Of a DNA stretch of 64,000 bases, positions 28,882-39,347 are shown in pieces. Under the pieces are notes generated by a model. The model saw only the letters and a program-made list of their open reading frames with translations, ran no database searches and was not told the origin of the DNA. The DNA is from Candidatus Shapirobacteria bacterium (GTDB taxonomy: Bacteria > Patescibacteriota > Microgenomatia > UBA12405): positions 143,914 through 207,913 of the forward strand of contig JBAZTV010000003.1 of the NCBI GenBank assembly GCA_041661765.1, in the 5' to 3' direction. The first letter of the stretch is position 1. Every line of letters begins with the position of its first letter. The position numbers and the translations under genes are program-made.

Positions 28882-30081
28882 ATGTCAAAACCAAACAAAA
28901 AAAGTCTTTTGATTATGTTTTTTGTTTTTACTTTTATCGTTATAACCACCGTTGGTATTACTTTATTTGCTAAAGGTTATCAAATTTCCACTAAGGGCAG
29001 AATTAGCTTTCTTGCTACCGGTATCATTTCTGCCACCTCTAAACCAAAAGGTGCTTCGGTTTATATTGATGACCGTTTAATCACTGCTACTGATGACACC
29101 ATTAATCTTCCACCCAACAACTATACTATTAAGATAGTGAAAGATGGATATCTTCCTTGGCAAAAAAATATTCAAGTTAAAAAAGAAATTGTTTATCAAA
29201 CCACTACCCAACTTTTTCGTTCTTCCCCTGATCTTAGACCAATTACTGTAGCTGGAGCCATTAATCCAACAATCAGCCCAAATAATAGTCTTGTCGTTTT
29301 CTCTGTCGCCTCTGCTTCTGCCACCAAAGATAAAGGTCTCTATCTTCTCGAACTTAGCGATACTGCTTCATTTTTATCTAAAAATTCAGCCAAGCAATTA
29401 AGCTCGAATCTTCAAAATCTAGATTGGTCAAAATTTACTTTCATTTTTTCTCCCAACTCAAAACAAATTTTAGCTTCCAACCCAACTAAAAGCGTTAATT
29501 TTTTAATTGATCTCTCCACCACTACTGATTATAAAAACCTGTACGACGTTACCGCTAAATTATCTTTAATAAAAGAAGATTGGGATCTTCAAGAGCAAGA
29601 AATTATTAAAACCAAGACTGCCATTCTCCCAGTTGAGCTTCAACCATTTATATCAACCACTTCCGCTAAAACCATTGTTTTTAATGAAGATGAAACTAAA
29701 GTCTTGTATTTAGCTCAAACCGATGGTGATCTTAAGAAAAATATTATTACTCCTCCTCCAGCTCAAAGTACTCAAACTCAAACTCGAGATATTAAAAAAG
29801 ATAATTACTACGTTTACGATTTTAAAGATGACACCAATTTTTGGATTGGATCAAAAGATCTTTACAACCCAAACTGGATCGCTAATTCCAATAATCTTAT
29901 CTACATAGAAGATCAAAAAATCCAAACTATTGAATATGATAATACTAATAAACAAACTCTCTTTGCCGGTAACTTCAACAAAGACGCTGTTTATCCCTGG
30001 TTAGACGGTAGTAAAATCATTACCCTAATAGCACCATACAACAACGCTCAAGAAAACTTATACTCCATCACCATTAAATAA
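28882..30081 (+). CDS. Membrane-anchored PEGA-domain protein with a C-terminal beta-rich domain
   Basis: N-terminal TM. PKGASVYIDDRLITATDDTINLPPNNYTIKIVKDGYLPWQKNIQV matches the PEGA domain pattern. Confidence 0.55.
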   Translation: MSKPNKKSLLIMFFVFTFIVITTVGITLFAKGYQISTKGRISFLATGIISATSKPKGASVYIDDRLITATDDTINLPPNNYTIKIVKDGYLPWQKNIQVKKEIVYQTTTQLFRSSPDLRPITVAGAINPTISPNNSLVVFSVASASATKDKGLYLLELSDTASFLSKNSAKQLSSNLQNLDWSKFTFIFSPNSKQILASNPTKSVNFLIDLSTTTDYKNLYDVTAKLSLIKEDWDLQEQEIIKTKTAILPVELQPFISTTSAKTIVFNEDETKVLYLAQTDGDLKKNIITPPPAQSTQTQTRDIKKDNYYVYDFKDDTNFWIGSKDLYNPNWIANSNNLIYIEDQKIQTIEYDNTNKQTLFAGNFNKDAVYPWLDGSKIITLIAPYNNAQENLYSITIK

Positions 30082-30101
30082 AGAGGGGTAAAAAAACAAG
30101 A

Positions 30102-30317
30102 TTAACGACCAATATAGTTAGCTCTCAACACTTCCTGTTCTACATTCGCATTTGGCAAAACTACTTTCTCTTTCTGTATCGTTTCACCTAAAACCTGACT
30201 TCTAGAAGCAACTGTTACACTCTGTCCTATCTCCACAAATCTTAAAATTGTCAAAGACAACACTGCTAAAACAAAACAAGTAATCAAAGTTCTTGCATTT
30301 CTATTATTATCAGTCAT
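30102..30317 (-). CDS. Small hypothetical membrane protein (71 aa)
   Basis: Single TM helix LITCFVLAVLSLTIL. Weak support. Confidence 0.3.
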   Translation of the reverse strand: MTDNNRNARTLITCFVLAVLSLTILRFVEIGQSVTVASRSQVLGETIQKEKVVLPNANVEQEVLRANYIGR

Positions 30318-30670
30318 ACCAAACAGTTTAAATACTTTTTATATCAGTGTCAAGATACAATAATAATTGTATCTGTTTGACCATTTATTCTATCTATTTT
30401 TTAAATTAATTTACCAATTTAAAATTTAATAAATTTTTAATCTTTCAAAAAATTGTTTATAACCATAAACTTCGCCAAACCAAAATATTTTAACCTTTAG
30501 CAAACACCACTTAGACTGCTAAATATTAAAATTATATTAAAAATGATTAAAACCACTAAAACATCATTCTAAATAAAAAGTAATCCTTATATATCATTTT
30601 TGATTTAAAAATTTTATTTGAGATATAATATAGTTTACTAAGCAGAGATATCTACCATAACTCTTTATGG

Positions 30671-30743
30671 CAGGGATTAGCGCAATTGGTAGCGTGCAGC
30701 GTTCGGGACGCTGAGGTTGCAGGTTCGACTCCTGTATCCCTGA
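30671..30743 (+). tRNA. tRNA-Pro (anticodon CGG), no encoded CCA
   Basis: Manual fold: acceptor CAGGGAT/ATCCCTG. D-arm GCGC-AATTGGTA-GCGT. Anticodon arm CAGCG-TTCGGGA-CGCTG (anticodon CGG). T-arm GCAGG-TTCGACT-CCTGT. Discriminator A. The C1-G72 start is typical of bacterial tRNA-Pro. Confidence 0.8.
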
Positions 30744-30817
30744 CTAAAATTTCAATATCCTTCTTTTTTTTAAAAATGGATTTTAGATATTAGAAATTTT
30801 AAAAAATTTTAAAACCA

Positions 30818-30889
30818 GTCCTCATAGTTCAATGGATAGAACGACCACCTCCTAAGTGGTAAATCCAAGTTCGATTCTTGGTGGGGATA
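30818..30889 (+). tRNA. tRNA-Arg (anticodon CCT), no encoded CCA
   Basis: Manual fold: acceptor GTCCTCA/TGGGGAT with two G-U pairs. D-arm GTTC-AATGGATA-GAAC. Anticodon arm ACCAC-CTCCTAA-GTGGT (anticodon CCT). T-arm CCAAG-TTCGATT-CTTGG. Discriminator A. Confidence 0.7.
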
Positions 30890-31346
30890 CAAATTTAAAA
30901 AATACCCTCTTTTTCTCCCCTTTCACAGCGATTTACCGCATATTTCAAATATAAAAACTATATTTCTCCGCATTATTTTTTTTGATTACCGCACTTTCTT
31001 TTGATATTTTTCATTATTTTTTTCTCCGCAAAATAATTTAGAAAAACACCTACTTAAATATAACATTCTCTACTTATACTAATCATATTCTCCGAATTTA
31101 AGTATATTACAAGACTTAAATTGTTTCTTTTATTACAAATAATAATTCCTATCAAAAAACACCCTCAAAAATCAAAAAATAATATATCAATTAAAATCAA
31201 TCTTAATTTTCCAAAAATATTACAATTTTTCCACTTAATCCCTTTTTAAAAAAAATAAAAAACATCACTTATTCCCAAAAATCCAGTAAATATATTAAGA
31301 AAAAACCATTAGCAGACAAAAAATCAAATGCTAAATGTCATAACAA

Positions 31347-32576
31347 TCACCTGTTATGACACACCAAAGTCCTAATTTCTTCGCTTTTAAAGATATCTTT
31401 TGCTAAATCTTTCACCTCTTTAAAAGTAATCTTTTTATACTTCTTCAATTCCTCTTCTATTGTCTCTTCACTATTTTCCAATAAAATCTTTTGCCCCACA
31501 AAACTAGCAATAAAACTCGTTCTATCCATTGCTAGTTTTGTCTTACCTAAAAAATAATCTTTAGCTCTTATTAATTCCTCTTCTTTAATGGATTCCGCAA
31601 TTTTATTAATTTCTTCTCTCACTATTCCAATTGCCTCAGTCATTTTATCTAAATTAACCCCAGACTGAATCGCCCAATAACCACCTTCTTTAAACAATTC
31701 ACCAATAGATGACACATAGTAAGCCAAAGCTCTCTCCTCTCTTATCCTACTGTAGAGCCTAGAAGAGCTATTTCCACCCATTATTATATCTAACAACCTC
31801 AGGGCGTATTTTCGATCATCAGACCACCCTAAAGCTGGTAAACCCATACAAAAATGACCTTGTTCAAGTTCTTTTTTAATTGTCTTATTTTTTTCTTTAT
31901 TTAAAATCAATTCAACCTCTGGTAACGTAAATTCGTTTTTAAAAACATCACTAAAACTATCTTTTATGGTTATTTCCAATTCTTCACTAACATCTCCACA
32001 GACCACCACTACTATTTCATTAGGGTTAAAAAATTTATTTTTATAATCAACAATTGTCTTTCTATTAACATTTTTTATATCATCAACTTCACCTGCTATA
32101 TTCCAGCAACCAATTTTTGAATTTCCATATAAAAATTTAGTAAACTCACCCCCCAATCCCATCATTGGGTTGTCTTGATACATTTTGATCTCTTCAATTA
32201 TTACTCCTCTCTCTTTTTTTGTTTCCTTTTCATCATAAATTGAATTTAAAAGTATATCTGAAAGTAGTTCAACTGCCCATTTCGCATTTTCTTTTACTGT
32301 TGTCACATAATACGAAGTCATCTCGTGTCCTGTCCCCGCATTATAACCAGCACCTTTTGCATCAATTTCCATATTAATTTGCTTTGCTGATGGTCGTTTA
32401 ATTGTTCCCTTAAAAGCCATATGCTCCAAAAAATGACTCAGTCCAAATTCATGTTTATTTTCATACTTCGAACCTATTTTCAAAAAAACCTCGACTGTTA
32501 CCGATTTTAAACCAGGCAAAGGTACAATTATCCCTCTAATTCCATTATTTAATTTAAAGCTTTTTGTTTTATTCAT
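31347..32576 (-). CDS. M16-family zinc metallopeptidase (insulinase-like)
   Basis: GLSHFLEHMAFKGT is the inverted zinc-binding motif HxxEH of M16 peptidases. 409 aa. Confidence 0.85.
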   Translation of the reverse strand: MNKTKSFKLNNGIRGIIVPLPGLKSVTVEVFLKIGSKYENKHEFGLSHFLEHMAFKGTIKRPSAKQINMEIDAKGAGYNAGTGHEMTSYYVTTVKENAKWAVELLSDILLNSIYDEKETKKERGVIIEEIKMYQDNPMMGLGGEFTKFLYGNSKIGCWNIAGEVDDIKNVNRKTIVDYKNKFFNPNEIVVVVCGDVSEELEITIKDSFSDVFKNEFTLPEVELILNKEKNKTIKKELEQGHFCMGLPALGWSDDRKYALRLLDIIMGGNSSSRLYSRIREERALAYYVSSIGELFKEGGYWAIQSGVNLDKMTEAIGIVREEINKIAESIKEEELIRAKDYFLGKTKLAMDRTSFIASFVGQKILLENSEETIEEELKKYKKITFKEVKDLAKDIFKSEEIRTLVCHNR

Positions 32577-32662
32577 AACTTTCCACTGCTAATCATTTTA
32601 GTCTTGTTTAGCAATCTAAACTAATTATTGCTTGATATATTTAAGCAAAAATTAATAATTTT

Positions 32663-35131
32663 TTAATCTTTTATAACAAAATTAATCATTTTACCCTCAA
32701 TATATATCTCTTTAACTATCACTTTACCATTAATCCATTTTTTAATCTTCTCCTGTCCTTTTGCTCTTTCAACAATTTCGTCTTTATCATTCTGCTTTGC
32801 AAAATTAATTTCTAGCTGATCTCTAACTTTACCATTAATAGCTATCGCCACTATTATTTTATCTTCAATTAAATATTGAGAGTCAGCCTTGGGCCACTCA
32901 GCAATATGAACTGATGCGTATTCGTGTAGATACGCACGATCGTGCGTCTCTACCATAAAATATAATTCTTCGGCCGTATACGGCGCAAATGGCGCCAATA
33001 ACTTAATTAAAGTTTTTATATCTTCATCTACCATCGACAATCTAAGATCTGTCAATTTATTTAGCGCTTCCATCATCTGAGCAATAGCAGTATTGTACTT
33101 GAATTGCTCATTCATATCGGTAATGTTTTTAATTGTTTTATTTAATATCACTTTAACTTCTCTATTTTTAGCAGTCTCACTACCAACTTGATTAATTTGT
33201 AGTTTGATAAACTGCTCAAATCTATCCAAAAATCTTTTTACCCCCATTAAAGTGTTTTCATTCCAAGCCATAGTCGAATCAAATGGACCCATAAACATCA
33301 TATACATTCTCACCACATCAACCCCGTATTTATCAGCTACTACTTCCGGCACAATTACATTACCTTTAGATTTACTCATTCTTTGATTATCTGGACCCAA
33401 AATAACTCCATGTGACAATCTTTTATAATAAGGCTCTGGCTGTTCTTTTGGTACTACTCCCAAATCCCATAAAAATTTATAAATAAACCGTGAATACAAT
33501 AAGTGTAGAACGTTATGTTCATCTCCTCCAACATAAACATCAACCGGACACCAATACTTCATCAATTCTTGACTAGCTAGAACTGTATCATTATCTGGAT
33601 CAATATATCTCAAAAAGTACCAATCACTACCTGCCCAATTCGGCATGGTGTCTGTTTCCCTTTCTGCCTTTCCACCACACTTTGGACATTTAGTTTTTAC
33701 AAAACTTTCAATTTTTGACAACGGACTTTTACCATCATCGGTCGGCTCATATACTTCCACTTCTGGCAGCACAATTGGCAGATCACTTTCAGCAACCGGC
33801 ACCCAACCGCATTTTGGACAATTGATCATTGGAATTGGTTCGCCCCAATAATGCTGTCTTGAAAATATCCAATCTCTTAAATGATACGACGCCGTCCTTT
33901 CCCCAATGCCTTTTTCTGATAACCACTTAATCACTTTTTTAATTGCCTCTTCTTTGTTTAAACCATTTAAAAAATCTGAATTTATTACTTTATTACTTTT
34001 TTCGTCATAGACTTTAATCATTTCTAAACCAAATTTCTTAGCAAATTCTTCATCTCTTTCATCGTGGGCTGGCACTGACATAATTGCTCCAGTTCCATAA
34101 CTAGCCAAAACAAAATCCGAAATCCAAATTGGGATTTCTTTATTATTAACCGGATTAATCGCATATAATCCTGAGAACACTCCCGTTTTATCTTTGGAAA
34201 GTTCCGTTCTTTCTAGGTCAGATTTTTTCTTCGATTGTTTAATATATGTCTCGATATTTTTTTGTAGAGACGCATCATGATGCGTCTCTAACAATTGCGA
34301 AACAAGTTGATGTTCTGGTGCTATCACCATAAATGTGGCTCCAAAAAGTGTATCTGGTCTGGTTGTAAACACCTCAAGATAATCTGTAGAGACGTAGCGC
34401 GCTACGTCTCTACTACTTGACGAACTTTTAACTTTAAACTTTATTTTTGCCCCTTCTGATTTTCCAATCCAATTAATCTGCGCCTGTTTTACTTTTTCAA
34501 TAAAATTAGTTTCTTCTAATCCTTCAATTAATTTATCAGCATACTCTGTTATTTTCACCACCCATTGAGAAATATTCCTTCGACTCACCTCTGATCCACA
34601 TCTCTCACATTTCCCATCCACCACTTCCTCATTTGCCAAACCAATTTTGCAAGATGGACACCAATTAATCGGCATCTCTTTCTTATATGCCAACCCCTTA
34701 TTAAATAGTTGAATAAAAATCCACTGAGTCCATTTATAATAGTGTGGATCAGTAGTGTTGACTTCCCGACTCCAATCAAATGAAAAAGCTAAATCCTTCA
34801 TTTGTTTTCTGAACATATCAGTATTTTCTTTAGTTACATCCTGCGGTTTTCTTTTCATCTTAATTGCATAATTTTCTGTTGGTAATCCAAACGCATCCCA
34901 ACCCATCGGAAATAAAACATTCTCTCCCTGCATTCTTTTAAACCGAGCATAAACATCACCTCCAGTAAAGCTAAAAGCATGTCCCACATGAAGCCCACTA
35001 CCACTTGGATATGGAAATTCAACAAGAATATATTTTTTATTTTTTTTTGAATTATTATCTGCTTGATAAAGTCCAGGATGTTCTTCCCAAAATTTCCTCC
35101 ATTTATTTTCTATTTCCTTGAAATTTTCCAT
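32663..35131 (-). CDS. leuS: Leucyl-tRNA synthetase
   Basis: PYPSGSGLHVGHAFSFTGGDVYARFKRMQGENVLFPMGWDAFGLP contains the HIGH region. KMSKSKGN is present. 822 aa. Carries three in-frame family-1 palindromes (32926-32953, 34264-34291, 34386-34413). Confidence 0.95.
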   Translation of the reverse strand: MENFKEIENKWRKFWEEHPGLYQADNNSKKNKKYILVEFPYPSGSGLHVGHAFSFTGGDVYARFKRMQGENVLFPMGWDAFGLPTENYAIKMKRKPQDVTKENTDMFRKQMKDLAFSFDWSREVNTTDPHYYKWTQWIFIQLFNKGLAYKKEMPINWCPSCKIGLANEEVVDGKCERCGSEVSRRNISQWVVKITEYADKLIEGLEETNFIEKVKQAQINWIGKSEGAKIKFKVKSSSSSRDVARYVSTDYLEVFTTRPDTLFGATFMVIAPEHQLVSQLLETHHDASLQKNIETYIKQSKKKSDLERTELSKDKTGVFSGLYAINPVNNKEIPIWISDFVLASYGTGAIMSVPAHDERDEEFAKKFGLEMIKVYDEKSNKVINSDFLNGLNKEEAIKKVIKWLSEKGIGERTASYHLRDWIFSRQHYWGEPIPMINCPKCGWVPVAESDLPIVLPEVEVYEPTDDGKSPLSKIESFVKTKCPKCGGKAERETDTMPNWAGSDWYFLRYIDPDNDTVLASQELMKYWCPVDVYVGGDEHNVLHLLYSRFIYKFLWDLGVVPKEQPEPYYKRLSHGVILGPDNQRMSKSKGNVIVPEVVADKYGVDVVRMYMMFMGPFDSTMAWNENTLMGVKRFLDRFEQFIKLQINQVGSETAKNREVKVILNKTIKNITDMNEQFKYNTAIAQMMEALNKLTDLRLSMVDEDIKTLIKLLAPFAPYTAEELYFMVETHDRAYLHEYASVHIAEWPKADSQYLIEDKIIVAIAINGKVRDQLEINFAKQNDKDEIVERAKGQEKIKKWINGKVIVKEIYIEGKMINFVIKD

Positions 35132-35183
35132 AGGTTATTTTACTACAAAAAAAAATTTTTAATGCTATTATTACACTAATACA

Positions 35184-36182
35184 ATGTCTCTACCAACTAA
35201 AAAAATAATTATCACTTCTTCTGTCATTTTGGCCAGTTTTATTACAGGCATTATTATTTCACCTTATATTCTTACTTCAACTCCATCACTAAACAAAGAA
35301 ATTCGTAAAAATTTCAACTATCAATTTATAAACCCCCTATTAGAATGCGAAAATTCCATCATTAGTCAAGATTCAAACTTAACCTCATTAAAAAATTCTA
35401 TTCAATTTATTATTAACCAAGAAACTGATAATAATAAAATAACATTTGCCTCAATTTATTATCGTGATTTAAACAATGGTCCTTGGTTTAGCATCAACGC
35501 TGGCGAATATTTTTCCCCCGCCAGTCTTATTAAAGTTCCTGTTATGATTGCCTATTTTAAAGCTGCCGAAGATGACCCTTCAATTCTAGCCAAAAAAATT
35601 ACCAATAGTAAAACTTTTGATTATAGCCAGCAAAATATTACCCCAACTCAAGTATTAGAAATAGATAAAGAATATACCATTGAAGATTTAATTAACCGTA
35701 TGATTATTTATTCCGACAATGCTGCCTATGAACTACTTTTAAGTAATATTGATAATATAAAAATTTATAATGTATACCAAGATCTCGATGTTGATATTTC
35801 CAAGGCTCAAAATGATCCTAATGGTAATATTATTACTGTTAAGGACTATGCTTCTTTCTTTCGTATTTTATTCAATGCTTCTTATTTAAATCAAGATATG
35901 TCTGAAAAAGCTTTAGGTCTCTTAAGTAAAAGCCAATATTATAAAGGATTAGTCGCTGGTGTTCCTGAAAATATTACTATTGCTCATAAATTTGGTGAAC
36001 GTCAATTTTTGCCCAGTCGCGAAAAACAACTTCATGATTGTGGTATTATTTATCTTCCAGGAAAACCATATCTTCTTTGTGTTATGAGTCGCGCTAACGA
36101 TTTTAACCAAGCCGCTGGTTTTATTAAGCAAGTTTCAAAAGTTGTCTACGATGAAGTTTCTAAAAATGCAAATCCGCAGTAG
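35184..36182 (+). CDS. Membrane-anchored serine hydrolase, class A beta-lactamase / PBP-like fold
   Basis: N-terminal TM. S-x-x-K motif in PASLIKV. SDN motif YSDNAAYELL. K(T/S)G-like motif HKFGE. Confidence 0.55.
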   Translation: MSLPTKKIIITSSVILASFITGIIISPYILTSTPSLNKEIRKNFNYQFINPLLECENSIISQDSNLTSLKNSIQFIINQETDNNKITFASIYYRDLNNGPWFSINAGEYFSPASLIKVPVMIAYFKAAEDDPSILAKKITNSKTFDYSQQNITPTQVLEIDKEYTIEDLINRMIIYSDNAAYELLLSNIDNIKIYNVYQDLDVDISKAQNDPNGNIITVKDYASFFRILFNASYLNQDMSEKALGLLSKSQYYKGLVAGVPENITIAHKFGERQFLPSREKQLHDCGIIYLPGKPYLLCVMSRANDFNQAAGFIKQVSKVVYDEVSKNANPQ

Positions 36183-36939
36183 AAATTTCTCCACTCAAAT
36201 CAGTTCTACAAATTTCAATTCCTTTTTCCTTTAATCTGGTCAACACTTCTTTTGTTGGATGACCAAATTTATTTTTTACCCCCACACTAATCACTGCCAT
36301 ATTCGGTTTCAATATTTTTAATAATTCCTCACTTGTCCCATTTTTCGATCCATGGTGACTCACCCTTAAGACATCCACTTTCTCTTTTAATATTTGTTGC
36401 CAAACCAATCTATGTTCTGTTTCCAAATCAATATCCGCCGCCATAAAAATTTTAATTTCCCGCCCTTCCGGAGCCTCCGGCGAAGGAGGGCTCCAAAATC
36501 TTAAAATTCCCGCAATTGAATTTTGATTATTATCTTCATCACTTTTAGTCTTTTTTTTAGGATTGACCACCTCAAACTCCATCCAATTAGTTTTAACTAA
36601 ATCAAATTGACTCACTTTTTTTGAATCAATTATTTGTTCAATTTGATAAAATTTAGACACATCTATTAATCCTCCACTATGATCGTTGTCTCCGTGAGTT
36701 ATTATTACTACCTCAATTTTTTTATCCCAAAATGGTATATTTTTTTCCAAACAAGTTAACACTTTTTTATTATTTGGACCTGTATCAATCAACATTTGCC
36801 AATTTTTATAAGTCATTAAAGTCGCATCCCCTTGCCCCACATCACAAAATATTACATTCACTTTTTGCGACGGCAAAGTCAGCCAAAATAAAATTACTAA
36901 AACCATTAATGATAAAAATAAAATAATTCTAGTTTTCAT
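36160..36939 (-). CDS. MBL-fold metallo-hydrolase, ComEC C-terminal-domain-like (separate ORF)
   Basis: VVIITHGDNDHSGG is the HxHxDH-type metal motif. An in-frame hairpin element lies at 36455-36500 (ILRFWSPPSPEAPEGREIKIF). Adjacent to the ComEC membrane-domain ORF. Confidence 0.7.
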   Translation of the reverse strand: MKTRIILFLSLMVLVILFWLTLPSQKVNVIFCDVGQGDATLMTYKNWQMLIDTGPNNKKVLTCLEKNIPFWDKKIEVVIITHGDNDHSGGLIDVSKFYQIEQIIDSKKVSQFDLVKTNWMEFEVVNPKKKTKSDEDNNQNSIAGILRFWSPPSPEAPEGREIKIFMAADIDLETEHRLVWQQILKEKVDVLRVSHHGSKNGTSEELLKILKPNMAVISVGVKNKFGHPTKEVLTRLKEKGIEICRTDLSGEISTADLHF

Positions 36940-36949
36940 TTAAAACCCG

Positions 36950-37010
36950 CCCGCCCTCCTGCCTGCCGGCAGGCAAGGTCGGACATCTCCCCTTAACAAA
37001 GGGAGAAATC
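36950..37010. repeat. Composite hairpin element (GCCGGC-centred family 3 palindrome plus ctccccttaacaaagggag hairpin). An inverted copy lies at 45175-45230.
   Basis: cgccctcctgcctgccggcaggcaaggtcggacatctccccttaacaaagggag is nearly identical to the reverse complement of 45175-45227. Confidence 0.75.
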
Positions 37011-37038
37011 TTTTAATTAAATCCGAAGTCGCAATTTT

Positions 37039-38037
37039 TTATGGCCTTGAACGTGGGCGACCACATTCACCAGACATAAAAAATTCGTGACGAGAATTTT
37101 TAAATAAAAAATAAATTAATAACAAATACCAACCAATCAACCAGATCCAGTTAAATTTTATTTCCACACTCGCCCAAGACAAACTCCCCAATCCCTCTAC
37201 TATTAATAGTATGTACTTCAACAAAGGAAAACTCAGCCACAAAATTATCTTTCCCAAAACCGGCACTATCAATCCCAACACACCTCCCAATATCCCCAAT
37301 ATTGTGATTATCTCTATCAAAAATAAAATGAAAAAATTAGTTATTGGCGCCACTAAACTCATTTTTCCAAATAGCATTACTAAAATTGGCAACAGCCATA
37401 AGCTCACCCAAAATGAATTCCATAAATCACTCCACCACTTTCTTTCTTTTTGAAAATTTAAAACCACCGCTCCAAACGCCACAAAACTCAAATAAAAACT
37501 GGCACTAAACAACACCCGATAATCAGCCAAAACCATAATTAAAATTATTAAAATTATGGCCCGCCCTAAATCAAATTTTCTTCCCAATAGTTGAGCCCAA
37601 TAAAATAAACTCATTAATAAAAAAGCTCTTACCGCTGGTATTTCAAATCCCACCCAATTCATATAAATCAAAATCATTCCAAACCCAAAAATAATCGCTT
37701 TCTTTCTACCCACCCAACTCGCCAATCTCTCCACTAGTCCTCGAAAAACTAAAATAATATTAGTTCCACTCACCACCATAATATGAATCACACCACTATC
37801 CCTAAAACTTGAAATCATATTTTTATCAAAATTATTCTGATCACCAAACACCATCCCCGCCATTAACGCCGCCTCTCTCGGCGGCAAATTTTTAAAAATC
37901 ACCCCAATCAAACTATCCTTATCTATAAACTTATAAATCAAAAAACATATCAAAAATATTAAAATCCAGATGACAAACCCACCCGGTCTTCGACCACCCT
38001 CCCTTGACAGGGAGGGCTTTTCACAACTGAATGTCAT
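37039..38037 (-). CDS. comEC: ComEC/Rec2 DNA-uptake channel, membrane (Competence) domain. The first ~25 codons read through a repeat, so the true start is probably internal.
   Basis: Polytopic membrane protein. ISSFRDSGVIHIMVVSGTNIILV matches the ComEC Competence-domain core. Lies downstream of comEA. Confidence 0.7.
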   Translation of the reverse strand: MTFSCEKPSLSREGGRRPGGFVIWILIFLICFLIYKFIDKDSLIGVIFKNLPPREAALMAGMVFGDQNNFDKNMISSFRDSGVIHIMVVSGTNIILVFRGLVERLASWVGRKKAIIFGFGMILIYMNWVGFEIPAVRAFLLMSLFYWAQLLGRKFDLGRAIILIILIMVLADYRVLFSASFYLSFVAFGAVVLNFQKERKWWSDLWNSFWVSLWLLPILVMLFGKMSLVAPITNFFILFLIEIITILGILGGVLGLIVPVLGKIILWLSFPLLKYILLIVEGLGSLSWASVEIKFNWIWLIGWYLLLIYFLFKNSRHEFFMSGECGRPRSRP

Positions 38038-38629
38038 TCTTTATTTTTTCAAACATCTTGTCCCCAATTCCCGGCACCAATTTAATTTCTTCAATACTTT
38101 TAAATCCGCCCACTTCAGTCCGATAATCAATAATTCTTTGAGCAATCGATGGACCCACTCCGTTCAATAAATCTAAATCTTCCAAACTTGCCGTGTTAAT
38201 TCTAATTATGTTTTTTGTCGTACTCACCCCCAAAACTACCGTTCCATCCTCCACCACATTTGGAATATAAATTTTTTGGCCATCATAAAGTTTTTCCGCT
38301 CTATTTAAATTTTTATCTATCCAGCTTAAATTGGCATTATCTCCTAAACCTCCCGCCATCACTATTGCATCATCCAGTATTGCTCCCTTCTCTAACTTAT
38401 AAACCCCCGGTTTTATCACCTCACCCGATATATCAATCATTACCTCATTGTTAACTTGTGTATCATTTTTCTCCGTTGACCCAATATTATTGGACACTAT
38501 TTCAGTTTTCCCCTTCTCCATAAATTGATCCCTAAAATTTATCCCGATTCCTAAAATAACCAACAAAAAACCCAATACCAATAGTCCATCAACTATTTTT
38601 AAACTCTGTATTTTCTTTAACAAATCCAC
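38021..38629 (-). CDS. comEA: Competence protein ComEA (membrane-anchored, SLBB plus helix-hairpin-helix DNA-binding)
   Basis: N-terminal TM. The C-terminal tandem HhH is INTASLEDLDLLNGVGPSIAQRIIDYR...GFKSIEEIKLVPGIGDKMFEKIK. Confidence 0.75.
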   Translation of the reverse strand: MDLLKKIQSLKIVDGLLVLGFLLVILGIGINFRDQFMEKGKTEIVSNNIGSTEKNDTQVNNEVMIDISGEVIKPGVYKLEKGAILDDAIVMAGGLGDNANLSWIDKNLNRAEKLYDGQKIYIPNVVEDGTVVLGVSTTKNIIRINTASLEDLDLLNGVGPSIAQRIIDYRTEVGGFKSIEEIKLVPGIGDKMFEKIKNDIQL

Positions 38630-38705
38630 TAACCAACAATAAAACTTCTTTATTAAAAATTATTAAAACTTGATACTCGTCTTCAAATGATTAATACTAT
38701 TAATA

Positions 38706-39347
38706 ATGCCTCAAATAATTAGTATTATTTTATTCTTTTTGGTTTCTGTTCTTTCCTTTCTTTTTTCCATCTCCAATTACCTTTATTTCACCCCTCAATT
38801 AATTGCCATTACTTCTGTCGCCATTTTAATTCTTTACTTTACTAAAAAAACTTTCTCTCTCCATTTAGTTGCTCTTTTAATCAATATCATTATTTTTTCT
38901 ACTAATGGTCTCAACTCTCCTTTTTTCTTTCTTATTTATTTCTTTCTTTTTATTATTGCTTTTCAAAATCCTTCATCTTCAACTTTAACTTATTCCCTTT
39001 TTCTAGTTCTAATCCTATCACAATCACTTAATTCCTTTACTTCTGTTATTACCCTTTCTTCCCTTTTACTCATTACTCCACTGGCCTGGTTCATGGGTAA
39101 ACAATTTTCTGAAAAAACAAAAAATGAAGAAATTATTACCGACGATGAAACTGATGTTTTACTCTGGCATTCCCTTAAATTAAAAACTGGCCTTTATCAA
39201 ATTATAGATTCCAGCTCTGAAATATTATCAACCCCTCTTACTCCCACTCAAAAAGAAAAAATTCATAAAATTAAAGAATCAGCTAAATCACTTTTACATT
39301 CTTCTGAAAAATTAACTGCATCAATTGACAATGAATCAGATAACTAA
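38706..39347 (+). CDS. Hypothetical polytopic membrane protein
   Basis: Five or more hydrophobic helices, acidic C-terminal tail. Confidence 0.4.
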   Translation: MPQIISIILFFLVSVLSFLFSISNYLYFTPQLIAITSVAILILYFTKKTFSLHLVALLINIIIFSTNGLNSPFFFLIYFFLFIIAFQNPSSSTLTYSLFLVLILSQSLNSFTSVITLSSLLLITPLAWFMGKQFSEKTKNEEIITDDETDVLLWHSLKLKTGLYQIIDSSSEILSTPLTPTQKEKIHKIKESAKSLLHSSEKLTASIDNESDN

